Counted from the stretch's first letter, positions 1 through 8,924 are shown. The stretch is DNA of 32,000 bases from Nanobdellota archaeon (GCA_021813435.1 JAKAKR010000007.1:66857-98856); one strand, 5' to 3'. Notes: a model not told the origin generated them from the sequence alone. Numbers and translations are program-made.

Positions 1-488
1 GCACCAAACAGGTTGCTGAATTGATAAAAGCAAAACCCTATCTTGATCACGAAAAGATCTGGGAATACGTCGGGCAGTTCAAGTTTATGGATGAGCATAT
101 CCTGAAAAAATCCGTAGCGGAGATCGAGCAGGAATACGCGCGCATCAATGCTGCTGCGCGGAATGCTGCGCGCAAACTGCGCAGAAAAGAATATTCCTGC
201 AGTGAAGAAGAGGAGGTGCTCAAGATTTTTGCGCTTCCAGGGATTTGGATTGACACTTCTCCAAAGAATGCGCGCGGGATCAATCTGGAAATTATCCTCC
301 TGAATCCTGAACAGTCACATATCTATAAGGTCGAGATGCCGCATGATACTGGTTATGTGCATTTTCGTGCAACAAAGCGCAAAGAATCCCATGTCCATAA
401 TTACTCTGAGCATCTTGAACACCGTCTCCACGAATGGTTTTCTGATCTCTTCCCCACAACCTATGGGCAAAAGATTATTAATCTTTGA
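1..488 (+). CDS. hypothetical protein, possibly 5'-truncated by the window edge
   Basis: The frame is open from nt 3 to the TTG at 21 with no in-frame stop, so the gene may start upstream of the window. The stop is TGA 486-488, followed by a T-rich tract. No motif recognised. Confidence 0.35.
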   Translation, partial: TKQVAELIKAKPYLDHEKIWEYVGQFKFMDEHILKKSVAEIEQEYARINAAARNAARKLRRKEYSCSEEEEVLKIFALPGIWIDTSPKNARGINLEIILLNPEQSHIYKVEMPHDTGYVHFRATKRKESHVHNYSEHLEHRLHEWFSDLFPTTYGQKIINL

Positions 489-632
489 ACAATCCTTGAT
501 CTTTTTTTGATCTTTAGATATCTCTTGTAATCTTCTATTTTTTAACCCCTATACAGTAGCTACAAAACGAAAGATTTATATATAAGTTCATATTATAGTT
601 ACTATTGAGTGGTTAAATATCGTTGGGGGATT

Positions 633-818
633 ATGATGAATCACACTATCATCATGCAAAAAATGACTCGTGTCAAACGGGTTTATGCAGCAAAAGACGT
701 TTCAGATATGACTCTTGACGAGATCAACGCCTTTATCGAAAACGAAGGAATCACCTATTCCGGCGATTACGGATTCAGGGTTACTGACTCTGTACAGCTC
801 ATCCACAGTCTCAACTAA
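633..818 (+). CDS. small hypothetical protein (61 aa)
   Basis: ATG at 633 is preceded by GGGGG (625-629) and a TATA-like GATTTATATATAAG (573-586). The GTG at 609 in the ORF track is less likely. A long stem-loop plus T-tract follows. Confidence 0.4.
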   Translation: MMNHTIIMQKMTRVKRVYAAKDVSDMTLDEINAFIENEGITYSGDYGFRVTDSVQLIHSLN

Positions 819-853
819 ATCCACATAACGCTCATATGTTCATCATATGATTT

Positions 854-940
854 AAGCACGAAGAACTGTTTCCATCAATCACCTCACCCTAAAACACACT
901 CGTGTTCTGTTCTTCGTGCTTTTATTATTTTATTTCTTAC
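854..940 (+). terminator. 13-bp perfect inverted repeat followed by a T-rich run; terminator-like or structured 3' element
   Basis: AAGCACGAAGAAC (854-866) pairs with GTTCTTCGTGCTT (909-921). The loop is 42 nt, then TTATTATTTTATTTC. Confidence 0.4.
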
Positions 941-1030
941 TCTATTCTTACTTCTTACCTCTCTTGTTTCTCCTTCCACTTCTTGTTGGTCAAAAAACAT
1001 TTAAACCGCAGTCATTTCCCGCGCATACCT

Positions 1031-1846
1031 ATGAAAATCCCGCAGGAATTCATCGCTCATAATCCTATTATCGAACTGGGTCATATCAAACAAGGAAGCA
1101 ATACGTCATTACTCAAATACGTTGATTCTCCCATAACATTCGATCAACTATACCATATAACCAAGACGATAAGAACACCGGATAATGGTCGCGATATCTT
1201 TGGTCGCGGCCAGGCGTATCGCAGCAGCTGCGGAATTGGTTGCGAGCGTACCAGTCTTGAAGAGCTTGCAGGTATTACCTTCAAAAAAGAAACGCACTTG
1301 ATCCGGCTCGTCCAGGATTTATACATCGCAAAACAATTCAGCGAAGATAAAGGCATCGCCTATGATTATGTCCGGTATGACCGTTCGGGGCATCTCATAA
1401 CTGATTTTATCGCAAAAGAGGGCGGCTACCAGAAAACAATGATCAATGTTGCAAGATTTTTTGATCTCAATTTTTTCTCAGGATCGCATGGTACAATAAA
1501 GAATCTTAACGCAATCACCAAAGCAGGCATTCCTGCAATTGTCTTCAGAAAGCTCAACGGGAAAGATAAGGGTGATGGGCATTATATTCTTGTATACGAC
1601 GTTGACATGCGCAATGAAATAGTTTCGCTCTTTGATCCGAAATATCGTGGCGAGCGCCCGCATGACAACCTCGAACATAAGGGGGGATATCTTACAGAAT
1701 CATTCGAACGCTTCACCGAACGATGGTCTTATGTGATGCCGCTTAAACCCGGTTCGAAAAAAACTGTCTCTTTCAATTATTATATGTTCTTCTGTTTTAA
1801 GGATGAGCGCCCAAAGCATCCGGGTAAAGGGATATACTATGGTTAA
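1031..1846 (+). CDS. stand-alone papain-fold cysteine peptidase, C39-like
   Basis: GQAYRSSCGIGC fits the C39 pattern Q-x5-C-G-x-x-C. Downstream GDGHYILVYDVD (catalytic His context) and VSLFDPKYRG (Asp) also fit. ATG 1031 lies 25 nt after the TATA-like ATTTAAA (999-1005). No signal peptide or TM segment. Confidence 0.6.
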   Translation: MKIPQEFIAHNPIIELGHIKQGSNTSLLKYVDSPITFDQLYHITKTIRTPDNGRDIFGRGQAYRSSCGIGCERTSLEELAGITFKKETHLIRLVQDLYIAKQFSEDKGIAYDYVRYDRSGHLITDFIAKEGGYQKTMINVARFFDLNFFSGSHGTIKNLNAITKAGIPAIVFRKLNGKDKGDGHYILVYDVDMRNEIVSLFDPKYRGERPHDNLEHKGGYLTESFERFTERWSYVMPLKPGSKKTVSFNYYMFFCFKDERPKHPGKGIYYG

Positions 1847-3114
1847 CCTTTGATCATCGCATAATCCTCGAGCATGATGCGATCAAGATCTGCAAGATCA
1901 GTCACCTTATACAGTTTGCCACTGCCGATCTCGACGATCTTCTGCGCAAGTGAAAGTCCTTTCTCATCAAGATTGATACCGACCAGCGAGATCGTGATCC
2001 CTCCGGCACGCGCCTGCGAGACTGCCTGCAGTGTTTCACGTTCAGGAATATCGCCTTTGGTGGGCAGGGCGTCAGTGAGAAGAATGAGATGCTTGGTATC
2101 GTGTTTGGGAAACAACTCTATTGATTTGGTGACGCTCCGGGCAATATCGGTTTCCATTGATGCACGGATATCTGCAAGTTTCCGGAGTATCTGCATGAAA
2201 TCCATCGTCGGTGGAATCGTATCCTTGATGTCTGAACCGAAGACCACAAGCCCCACGCGATTCTTTTCAGTGATTGCCTTGAATGCAAGGGCAATCCCTG
2301 CTTTTTTTGCAGTCTTGAGCTTTTCACCCTTCATGCTTCCAGAAGCGTCAAGCCCATAAATGATGGAGATGCGCCCTTCATTGTCGCGAATGCTTGACTT
2401 CCAGTCGCTGTTCTCGACTGTTGAATGTCCACGTCGCAATGTTGTCTTGATGGTCTGTTTGAGCGCAATGTCGCGGTAATGGTCGCGTTGCCGTCGATAC
2501 TGTTGATACTCTTCCTTATCGCCATAGAACATCTTCTTCTTGCTCTTGTGCTCACCAAACCCTTTCGGGGTGAGATGATCAAGTTCCTCGACATAGAGTA
2601 CCAGTGCAGAGAGCGCAATCCCTTTATCGGTAAGTTCCCCTTCTTTATTGAGAAACCCTTCGTCCTGCAACCGATCCATGCGATCGTCAATCCGTTTCTT
2701 GAGCTCGCGCTTGAATTCAGGTATCGCAATATTTTTTTCGACATAATCAGGACTATACCTGGTAAGTTCCCGGATGATGGTTTCACCATACAATTTTTTG
2801 GCGAGCTTGAAATCCTTGACAAGATTAGTGAATAATAAGTCAGGGGTGATGCTGCCGATGCCCTGCGTGATCGCCTCGGAGAGCAGTTTCCCGTCGCTGA
2901 TCTTTTCCTTGTCATCCTCGAGAATACTATGCATCAATTTGTCTTCATCAGTCTGCTTTGCAAGCTTTCCCTTCTTCTCTTTGATCTCGTCGAGTTTAGG
3001 GATGATGCGTTCTGCGTCCGCATCGTTTTGGGTCTCCTCGACGCTAGGTCGAACCACCCTTGCGCGCCTTATGTTTTGCGTACTGTTCTTCAATATACTG
3101 TTCTGGTGTCTCAA
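1843..3114 (-). CDS. von Willebrand factor A (VWA) domain protein with helical, charged N-terminal region (ChlD C-terminal / CoxE-like)
   Basis: MIDAS motif DASGSM in IIYGLDASGSMKGEKL, with VWA-type strands VGLVVFGS and LILLTDALPT. The start is uncertain: TTG 3114 (71-nt overlap with the ATPase gene), GTG 3057 (14-nt overlap) or ATG 2934. Confidence 0.8.
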   Translation of the reverse strand: MRHQNSILKNSTQNIRRARVVRPSVEETQNDADAERIIPKLDEIKEKKGKLAKQTDEDKLMHSILEDDKEKISDGKLLSEAITQGIGSITPDLLFTNLVKDFKLAKKLYGETIIRELTRYSPDYVEKNIAIPEFKRELKKRIDDRMDRLQDEGFLNKEGELTDKGIALSALVLYVEELDHLTPKGFGEHKSKKKMFYGDKEEYQQYRRQRDHYRDIALKQTIKTTLRRGHSTVENSDWKSSIRDNEGRISIIYGLDASGSMKGEKLKTAKKAGIALAFKAITEKNRVGLVVFGSDIKDTIPPTMDFMQILRKLADIRASMETDIARSVTKSIELFPKHDTKHLILLTDALPTKGDIPERETLQAVSQARAGGITISLVGINLDEKGLSLAQKIVEIGSGKLYKVTDLADLDRIMLEDYAMIKG

Positions 3115-4066
3115 GATACTTGACTGATGGTTTTAGCTTGATGCGATGGCTGAGCACTGAGATCATGATCTTATGGATATCCTCTGGCGTCACACTGTCC
3201 CGCCCGGAAAGCAGGGCGTATGATTGCGCGCGCTCGTAGATCCCGAGTGTCGAGCGAACAGAAGGTGTTCTTTCAATATTCGGATCCTGTCGTAGTCCCC
3301 GGATAAATTGGATCATTCCCTCAAGAATCGAATCCGAGAATTCAATGTCGGCGATCCGCTTGCCTTTGAGAAGCACTATCGCTTTCTCAATATCAAGACT
3401 CTCGGGGTGATGCATATAGATCATGTCAAAGCGGTCAAGAAAGACATCGCTCAGTGTCTCAGTGGAACTGTCCTCGGGATTCATGGTTCCGATGAAGATG
3501 AATGATGCAGGAAAATCAATATGATAGCTGCCGATCGTGACCTGCTTTTCTTCAAGCACCTGAAGGAGTGCATTCTGTAGTTTTTCGCTGCAACGGTTGA
3601 CCTCGTCAAAAAAGAGGATGCCGTTGTTTGCGCGAAAGATCTTTCCCGGGCTGAATGCCTCGATACTCAAGGGGCCGTATTGGAGCGCCTTACTTGGATC
3701 AATGTCTCCTAAGAGATCCTCTGCAGTAAGATCAGGAGATCCCTGGATCCTGACGAATCGTTCATTGCCTGTAATTGTTATAGTCTCTATTTTTTCATGC
3801 CGCTTTGTTTTTTCAATGCAGGAAGGACAGATAGGATGATTTGGACTGCAATTGAACCCACAATCGTTGACGGTGAGTTCCGGAAGGATCTTTGCAACAT
3901 TTTTTGCAAGTGTGGTCTTACCAATACCCGGGCTTCCGACTATGATCACATGCCGGTTCATTAAAAGCGCAGATTTCAGATCTTTCTTTACTGGTTCCTG
4001 CCCTAAGATATCGTCGAATGTCTCCTGTAGAATGATGCGTTGCAATGCTTCAGTACTGTTCTTCAT
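3044..4066 (-). CDS. AAA+ ATPase, ChlI/BchI-MoxR type
   Basis: Walker A GSPGIGKTT, Walker B ILFFDEVN, sensor GTMNPE and LDRFD are present. The Cys-rich insert CGFNCSPNHPICPSC resembles ChlI/BchI-type proteins. ATG 4066 is preceded by GGAGGG; the TTG 4096 of the ORF track is rejected. Confidence 0.85.
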   Translation of the reverse strand: MKNSTEALQRIILQETFDDILGQEPVKKDLKSALLMNRHVIIVGSPGIGKTTLAKNVAKILPELTVNDCGFNCSPNHPICPSCIEKTKRHEKIETITITGNERFVRIQGSPDLTAEDLLGDIDPSKALQYGPLSIEAFSPGKIFRANNGILFFDEVNRCSEKLQNALLQVLEEKQVTIGSYHIDFPASFIFIGTMNPEDSSTETLSDVFLDRFDMIYMHHPESLDIEKAIVLLKGKRIADIEFSDSILEGMIQFIRGLRQDPNIERTPSVRSTLGIYERAQSYALLSGRDSVTPEDIHKIMISVLSHRIKLKPSVKYLETPEQYIEEQYAKHKARKGGST

Positions 4067-4100
4067 ATGTTTTCCCTCCACTGACCGTTCATACAAACAG

Positions 4101-4121
4101 GGAATATTTTAAAAATGTTCC
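4101..4121. promoter_or_regulatory. near-palindrome GGAATATTTTAAAAATGTTCC embedding a TATA-like core upstream of the ATPase-VWA genes
   Basis: Arms GGAATATTTT and AAAATGTTCC have one mismatch. The element lies 35-55 nt upstream of ATG 4066 on the minus strand. Confidence 0.35.
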
Positions 4122-4145
4122 TAAAATAGGTCACAGTACACACTG

Positions 4146-4757
4146 CTATACCCCGATTAATCCGATGATTGTTATCACGATTGCACTCACGATCGGGACG
4201 AGAAAATTATCGTCGATGTCGTGACCAAAAAAAGTGATGTCGGCTGATTCGAATAGCATTGCAATGATTGCAGCCCCAAGCGCATCATACCAGGGAACAA
4301 AGAGCATTGCGCCAAGCGTTCCGCAGATAATTCCTGCAATGGTCCCCTCGAGGAGCCGATGCGAATTGAAGGGATGCCTGATTCTGCCGTAATGCATGCC
4401 TACAAGTGCCGAGATGCTATCGCCGAGCGTCCAGATCGCAAGGGATGCAAGGATAATATTTTTTTCAAAAAAGAGAAGGAGCAGTGTCACTGCAAGAAAG
4501 ATGGTAATAACTCCGCGCCCTGGGATGAATTCCCGATGATGCGGCCGCTCGAACCAGTCAAGCAGTGGCGTGATGATAGGGATAGTTATGTTTTTTGCGA
4601 CAAGCGAAATGATGACTCCTATCATAAGAATAATTCCTGCGCTTATCCATGAGAGGATACTCAGATATATCAGCGTTATCAGCACTATACCGAGCGCAAT
4701 ATGGAATAATTTTCTGCGTAATTCAAACCAATCAACAAGTGTCTTTTTTGTTTGCAT
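4146..4757 (-). CDS. polytopic membrane protein, dolichol/polyprenol kinase-like (CTP-transferase family 1 fold)
   Basis: Multiple TM helices. LGDSISALVGMHYGR ... LEGTIAGIICG ... DDNFLVP resembles the dolichol kinase/phytol kinase family. ATG 4757 is preferred over 4829 because it gives a smaller overlap with the upstream PAP2 gene. Confidence 0.55.
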   Translation of the reverse strand: MQTKKTLVDWFELRRKLFHIALGIVLITLIYLSILSWISAGIILMIGVIISLVAKNITIPIITPLLDWFERPHHREFIPGRGVITIFLAVTLLLLFFEKNIILASLAIWTLGDSISALVGMHYGRIRHPFNSHRLLEGTIAGIICGTLGAMLFVPWYDALGAAIIAMLFESADITFFGHDIDDNFLVPIVSAIVITIIGLIGV

Positions 4758-5331
4758 AGTTCTTCTCGCAATACTCCTGGAATCGCGCACACAGCGTTCC
4801 GATACTGTATCCGAGGATTCCTCCGGCAACTACATCACTAAGATAGTGTACCCCAAGATAGATCCTGCTGAGTGCAACAAGGAATGCAAGCGTCCACCAC
4901 ACTGCCTTCCATTTTGGAAATCCTCTGTTGAGAAATGGGAGGAGCAGGAACGCAAATGCTGCATGACCTGAAGGGAAGGATGATAACGAGACATTGACAA
5001 GCTGGCTTCCATGATACGCGATGAATGGCCGCGCGCGATCAGTCACTGCCTTAATGATATAGACCAGCGCAGAGTTCGCAATGAATGCAATCCAGAAGAA
5101 CTGTGTATCCTTACGGGTGATAAGAAACGCTGCAGTGATGATGATTGCAATAATGATTGCAGGCATTGCCTCGCCGACAATAGTGATGCCTTTGAAAAAT
5201 GCCGTGAGCACTGGAATGCGCAGTGATACTGCAGCGTCATAGGCTGCGTGGTCGAGAATAAAGCTTGCAAGTATCGCAAGGACAATCAGTGCCGCGATAC
5301 CAATGGTTTTTATCTTGCGTTTCATCATCAC
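4732..5331 (-). CDS. PAP2-family (type 2 phosphatidic acid / polyprenyl-diphosphate) phosphatase
   Basis: All three PAP2 motifs are present: KAVTDRARP, PSGH, SRIYLGVHYLSDV. Confidence 0.8.
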   Translation of the reverse strand: MMMKRKIKTIGIAALIVLAILASFILDHAAYDAAVSLRIPVLTAFFKGITIVGEAMPAIIIAIIITAAFLITRKDTQFFWIAFIANSALVYIIKAVTDRARPFIAYHGSQLVNVSLSSFPSGHAAFAFLLLPFLNRGFPKWKAVWWTLAFLVALSRIYLGVHYLSDVVAGGILGYSIGTLCARFQEYCEKNYANKKDTC

Positions 5332-5361
5332 ATACCTATCTTTGTTGGGACATCTTTGTTT

Positions 5362-6717
5362 TCATTTATGTATCTTTATTTCTGCGACGCGGGAAGCGAT
5401 AAAATCCTTCCTGAATAGTTCACTCAGATACTGCGCAGGTGTCGTATATTTCCGTTTGATGATTGCAATGGCGTGATCGCCCCGGATACTGACCGCTTCG
5501 CCCTGCGCCCGATGTTTTTCCACAAAGCGGTTATAATCTGCGGTGATGCGGACCGGCGGTCCCTGCATTTCGATCTTTGCGGGCAATGATTCTTTGGCAG
5601 TGATCATATAGATGACTGCGCTTCTCTTTTCAAATGCAAAATTCCATCCTGCGCCAAGAATGACAAATCCTTCAAGTGTAAGATGCCGGGTGAGCAGTTC
5701 ATACACTTTGAGTACCTTTGTACCGACAATATCCTTGCTCCCGTCAAGTGTTTTAATCGTGATGACATCGGTCTGCAGATGGGTAATCTTCTTTGCAGTC
5801 TTTATCCTGCGCAGCGTCGCAGCAATCTCTCTTTTAAGGTTGAACGGCGTTATCTGGAAGAATTTTTTGTCCGGCTGGTCGAGAAACTTCTTGCATGCAG
5901 TAATGAACATCTCAAGTTTTTCCTTGCTGAGGGCTGCGGCGGCATTGCGATCCGCCTGGATGGGATCGACGATGATGAGTGGCGTTATTTTGCTCTCATT
6001 CAATTCCTTGAGCGGATTTTTAAGATGTTTCTCATGATCAATGATGATCGGCATATCTTGCGGCGTTATTTTTGCAAACGCGACTGCAAACTTTGTGAAT
6101 GATCCATAATGAATAATGAGGATATCAAGGATGTGCCCGCTAAACCCATTGATATAGGATTCTGCACCATATACGCCATTTGCCTTACAGAACTGTTTTG
6201 CAAGACGTATCTCATCTTTTAATCCCGGATTCTTTGCAGTATATGTATTGACCCAATTAACATGTTCCGGGCTCAGGTCAGTCACATTCTCTGCATCCTG
6301 GTAATCCTGCGCGTGGATCAATAGGACTGGAACAATCTCATACTGGAGTGCAATCTTCTGTTTTTGAAATATGATCTGTTGCGTGCATTGGAAATAATCC
6401 CTGCTGCCATGAATGCGCAAAAGAGGAGTCATCCCCTTAATCTTGCATGCCTGCAGGACATCATGGGTGATGCGTGAGATATCCTTGCCGCGATACGCAG
6501 TATTGAATCGCACGAATAGATCAATATCATGATTGTTTTTGAGAAATGTCTCTTTTGCAGTGCTGCCGCCCTTGACGCAAATCGCAGAAATCCCTGCGCG
6601 TGCAAGCTGCGCATTAATGATTGCAACAGTCTCATCAACAATGTGCAGGATACGCAGGTCTGGCCTGGTCGATCGTTTCACCTGCTCAAGAATGCGCTCC
6701 ATCCGGCTCTGCTTCAT
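5362..6717 (-). CDS. cca: archaeal class I CCA-adding tRNA nucleotidyltransferase
   Basis: GGSTAKETFLKNNHDIDLFVRF matches the archaeal CCA-adding enzyme active site (GS ... DxD). The length (451 aa) is typical. An alternative ATG lies at 6702. Confidence 0.85.
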   Translation of the reverse strand: MKQSRMERILEQVKRSTRPDLRILHIVDETVAIINAQLARAGISAICVKGGSTAKETFLKNNHDIDLFVRFNTAYRGKDISRITHDVLQACKIKGMTPLLRIHGSRDYFQCTQQIIFQKQKIALQYEIVPVLLIHAQDYQDAENVTDLSPEHVNWVNTYTAKNPGLKDEIRLAKQFCKANGVYGAESYINGFSGHILDILIIHYGSFTKFAVAFAKITPQDMPIIIDHEKHLKNPLKELNESKITPLIIVDPIQADRNAAAALSKEKLEMFITACKKFLDQPDKKFFQITPFNLKREIAATLRRIKTAKKITHLQTDVITIKTLDGSKDIVGTKVLKVYELLTRHLTLEGFVILGAGWNFAFEKRSAVIYMITAKESLPAKIEMQGPPVRITADYNRFVEKHRAQGEAVSIRGDHAIAIIKRKYTTPAQYLSELFRKDFIASRVAEIKIHK

Positions 6718-6865
6718 CCTGCTACTGAACCGATTGGCGTTTAAAAAGTTTTATGCTTTCTTCACCACTGAATCAATTACTGCAAAATTTATGGGTGTAT
6801 GGTCATACCGTACTTCTGTTGCCCTGCGTGAAGCCCATTGAAGCGAATAATAGAAACATTAATAA

Positions 6866-8086
6866 ATGGGTTTTTCTGATAAAAAAGCAAAGAGGTGTGG
6901 TGTGGATTCACTCATTATACAGTTCATCTATCTTGCAATCATTATCGTATTGGGGGGAGGAGTGCTTTACTTGCGCCGAAAAGCATCCGGAAATAAATCA
7001 TTCTACAAATTCGTATTAATCATCCTCGGACTTCTCCTTGCCGCCTATACTGTCAACGGCACGTCAATCATTCATTTTGACCGGTATTTTTTGGGAAGTG
7101 TCGGAGTCCTGCTCCTTGTCATACTCATGTTCGAATTGAGTGTACGGCTTAACCCTGAAAATATCCGCATCACCAGAAAGCACCTGACCCGTATTGGACT
7201 GCTCGTCATTGCAAACCTTGTCATCATCACGCTTCTTGCAACAGTGCTGTTAGGGATTGATCTCGTGCAGGCAATGGTATACGCGCTCATCATCTCCACC
7301 ATCGAATTCTTTATCATCGAAGAATTGCGCGCTGAAGGCGACCTTGCAAACCCGCTCCTCTTGCTGTTCAGCTTTCTTGTCTTCGGGTTTTATGTCTCAA
7401 TGCAATCAACATTCTTCTCATTGCTCTATTTCCTACAGTACCTGCTCATCGGACTCGGCATGGGTGTACTCGTCGGGATCCTGGTGTTCAAATCACTCAA
7501 GCATCGCAGAATAACCTGGTTTCATGAACTTGCGCTTATTGCCGCTGCGCTCACTCTTTTTATCTGCACAGAATATGTGAATGGATCTGGCCTTTTTGCA
7601 GTCATGGTCATGGGGATGTTTTATGGAAACAGTTTTGTTCGCAAGCGCGCAGATTACAAGAGCTTTTCACCATTCATCTTTAAATCACTCGAGATGCTCA
7701 TCTTTATCCTCATCGGATTTGCAATTCCCCTGCTCTTGTCGTGGAAGACATTTTGGCAGAGCCTCCTGATATTCGTAGTCTATTTAGCACTCCGCTTTGT
7801 CGTCATTACGCTTGTCCATAAATCCTATTCACTCAAAAACAAGTTTTATCTGACCATCGCGCCCAAGGGCATGATCCTTGGAATCATGATTATCCTGCTC
7901 TCTACGTATCTGCAGGGATCGACAGCACTCGTCAATTCCCTGCTCATGATCCTACTACTCTCACTGATCGTCTCGACGATTGCAGAACATCTGGAGCATA
8001 AAAAGATAATGCGGCTTGATAGGCTCTTTGAAGTTCTGAAGAAAATCCGCTTCGGGCGAAAACAGGATCTGAAACAGAAACGTTAA
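6866..8086 (+). CDS. multi-pass membrane transporter, cation:proton antiporter (CPA/NhaP)-like
   Basis: About 11 predicted hydrophobic helices. MFELSVRLNPENIR resembles the CPA F-x-G-L-E-ld motif region. The family assignment is tentative. Confidence 0.5.
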   Translation: MGFSDKKAKRCGVDSLIIQFIYLAIIIVLGGGVLYLRRKASGNKSFYKFVLIILGLLLAAYTVNGTSIIHFDRYFLGSVGVLLLVILMFELSVRLNPENIRITRKHLTRIGLLVIANLVIITLLATVLLGIDLVQAMVYALIISTIEFFIIEELRAEGDLANPLLLLFSFLVFGFYVSMQSTFFSLLYFLQYLLIGLGMGVLVGILVFKSLKHRRITWFHELALIAAALTLFICTEYVNGSGLFAVMVMGMFYGNSFVRKRADYKSFSPFIFKSLEMLIFILIGFAIPLLLSWKTFWQSLLIFVVYLALRFVVITLVHKSYSLKNKFYLTIAPKGMILGIMIILLSTYLQGSTALVNSLLMILLLSLIVSTIAEHLEHKKIMRLDRLFEVLKKIRFGRKQDLKQKR

Positions 8087-8105
8087 TCTGAAACAGAAAC
8101 GTTAA
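8068..8105 (+). repeat. perfect 19-bp tandem duplication TCTGAAACAGAAACGTTAA x2 spanning the stop codon
   Basis: Copy 1 is 8068-8086 (ends with the TAA stop of the transporter gene). Copy 2 is 8087-8105. Confidence 0.9.
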
Positions 8106-8129
8106 ATAGGACGCGTACTTCTTTCAAGA

Positions 8130-8924
8130 ATGATCCATATCGGCCCCGGGGGAACCGGCGGGTTAGGGTATGAAGAAGGATTACAGTATTGTCATCAGCA
8201 TAAACTCTCCTGTCTTGAGGTGGAATTCACGCATGGCGTGCAGATGAGTCCTGCGACTGCAAAATCCGTCGGAAGAATTGCAGAAACAAATAAGGTGCTT
8301 CTCAGTGTTCACGCGCCCTATTTCATTAATCTTGTCTCCAAAGAAAAGGAAAAAATCATTGCAAGCCAGAAACGGATCATTGATTCCTGCGCGCGCGGAA
8401 ATTATTTTTATTCTGCGCTGTTCAGGAAAAAGGTTCCTATTGTCTTTCATGCAGGATACTATCAGGACATCGACAAGAGCGATGTCTACGAATCAGTGAG
8501 AGACAGGATTCTTGAATTGCAGGAAGTCATCGCAGAGCAGGATTGGAATGTGCTGTTATGCCCTGAACTGACAGGTAAACCCACGCAATTCGGTGACGAG
8601 AACGAACTCTTGCGCCTCGCGCAGGAAACAGGATGCGGAATGACTATTGATTTTGCGCATGTTCTTGCGCGATACAATGGCACTGTTGATTATGCATCGC
8701 TCATCAGGAAATTGCCGCAATCATTCCACGCCCATTATTCCGGGATCAATTATGGACTTAAAGGCGAGAAGAACCATGTACCTGTGGATATTGCCGCATG
8801 GAAAAAAATCGCGCTCCTTCTCAAAAAACATGACAAGAATGTCACACTCATCTGCGAGAGTCCGGATCCTTTAAGGGACGCGGTGAAGATGCGAACATGG
8901 GTCCCTGCGGTTGCGCGCCGCTAG
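8130..8924 (+). CDS. endonuclease IV-like (AP endonuclease family 2, xylose-isomerase-type TIM barrel)
   Basis: The metal-ligand contexts resemble Nfo: HAPYFINL, IVFHAGYY, LCPELTGK, IDFAHV, HAHYSG...NHVP. Confidence 0.65.
   Translation: MIHIGPGGTGGLGYEEGLQYCHQHKLSCLEVEFTHGVQMSPATAKSVGRIAETNKVLLSVHAPYFINLVSKEKEKIIASQKRIIDSCARGNYFYSALFRKKVPIVFHAGYYQDIDKSDVYESVRDRILELQEVIAEQDWNVLLCPELTGKPTQFGDENELLRLAQETGCGMTIDFAHVLARYNGTVDYASLIRKLPQSFHAHYSGINYGLKGEKNHVPVDIAAWKKIALLLKKHDKNVTLICESPDPLRDAVKMRTWVPAVARR

Noticed and set aside
633-818. Small protein as a double-glycine leader substrate of the adjacent C39-like peptidase (LDEINAFIENEG resembles LS..EL..I.GG)
   Set aside because: There is no GG/GA/GS cleavage dipeptide at the expected position, the peptidase is not fused to an ABC exporter, and the resemblance is too weak to claim.
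902-1030. GTG-initiated N-terminal extension of the peptidase ORF (MFCSSCFYYFISYS...)
   Set aside because: It runs through the stem-loop/T-rich terminator-like element and the TATA-like box. ATG 1031 with ATTTAAA 25 nt upstream is a better start.
1874-3127. Multiple overlapping ORFs (161, 194, 136, 117 aa, and others) within the VWA gene region
   Set aside because: These are shadow frames of the VWA gene, which carries a clear MIDAS motif. None has motifs or start signals.
4758-4829. Longer start (ATG 4829) for the kinase-like membrane protein, and TTG/GTG starts at 4096, 10093, 11469, 12672, 18087 and 29647
   Set aside because: Each gives a longer overlap with the neighbouring gene or precedes an SD or TATA signal that points to an internal ATG. 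The trimmed coordinates are used in the feature list.
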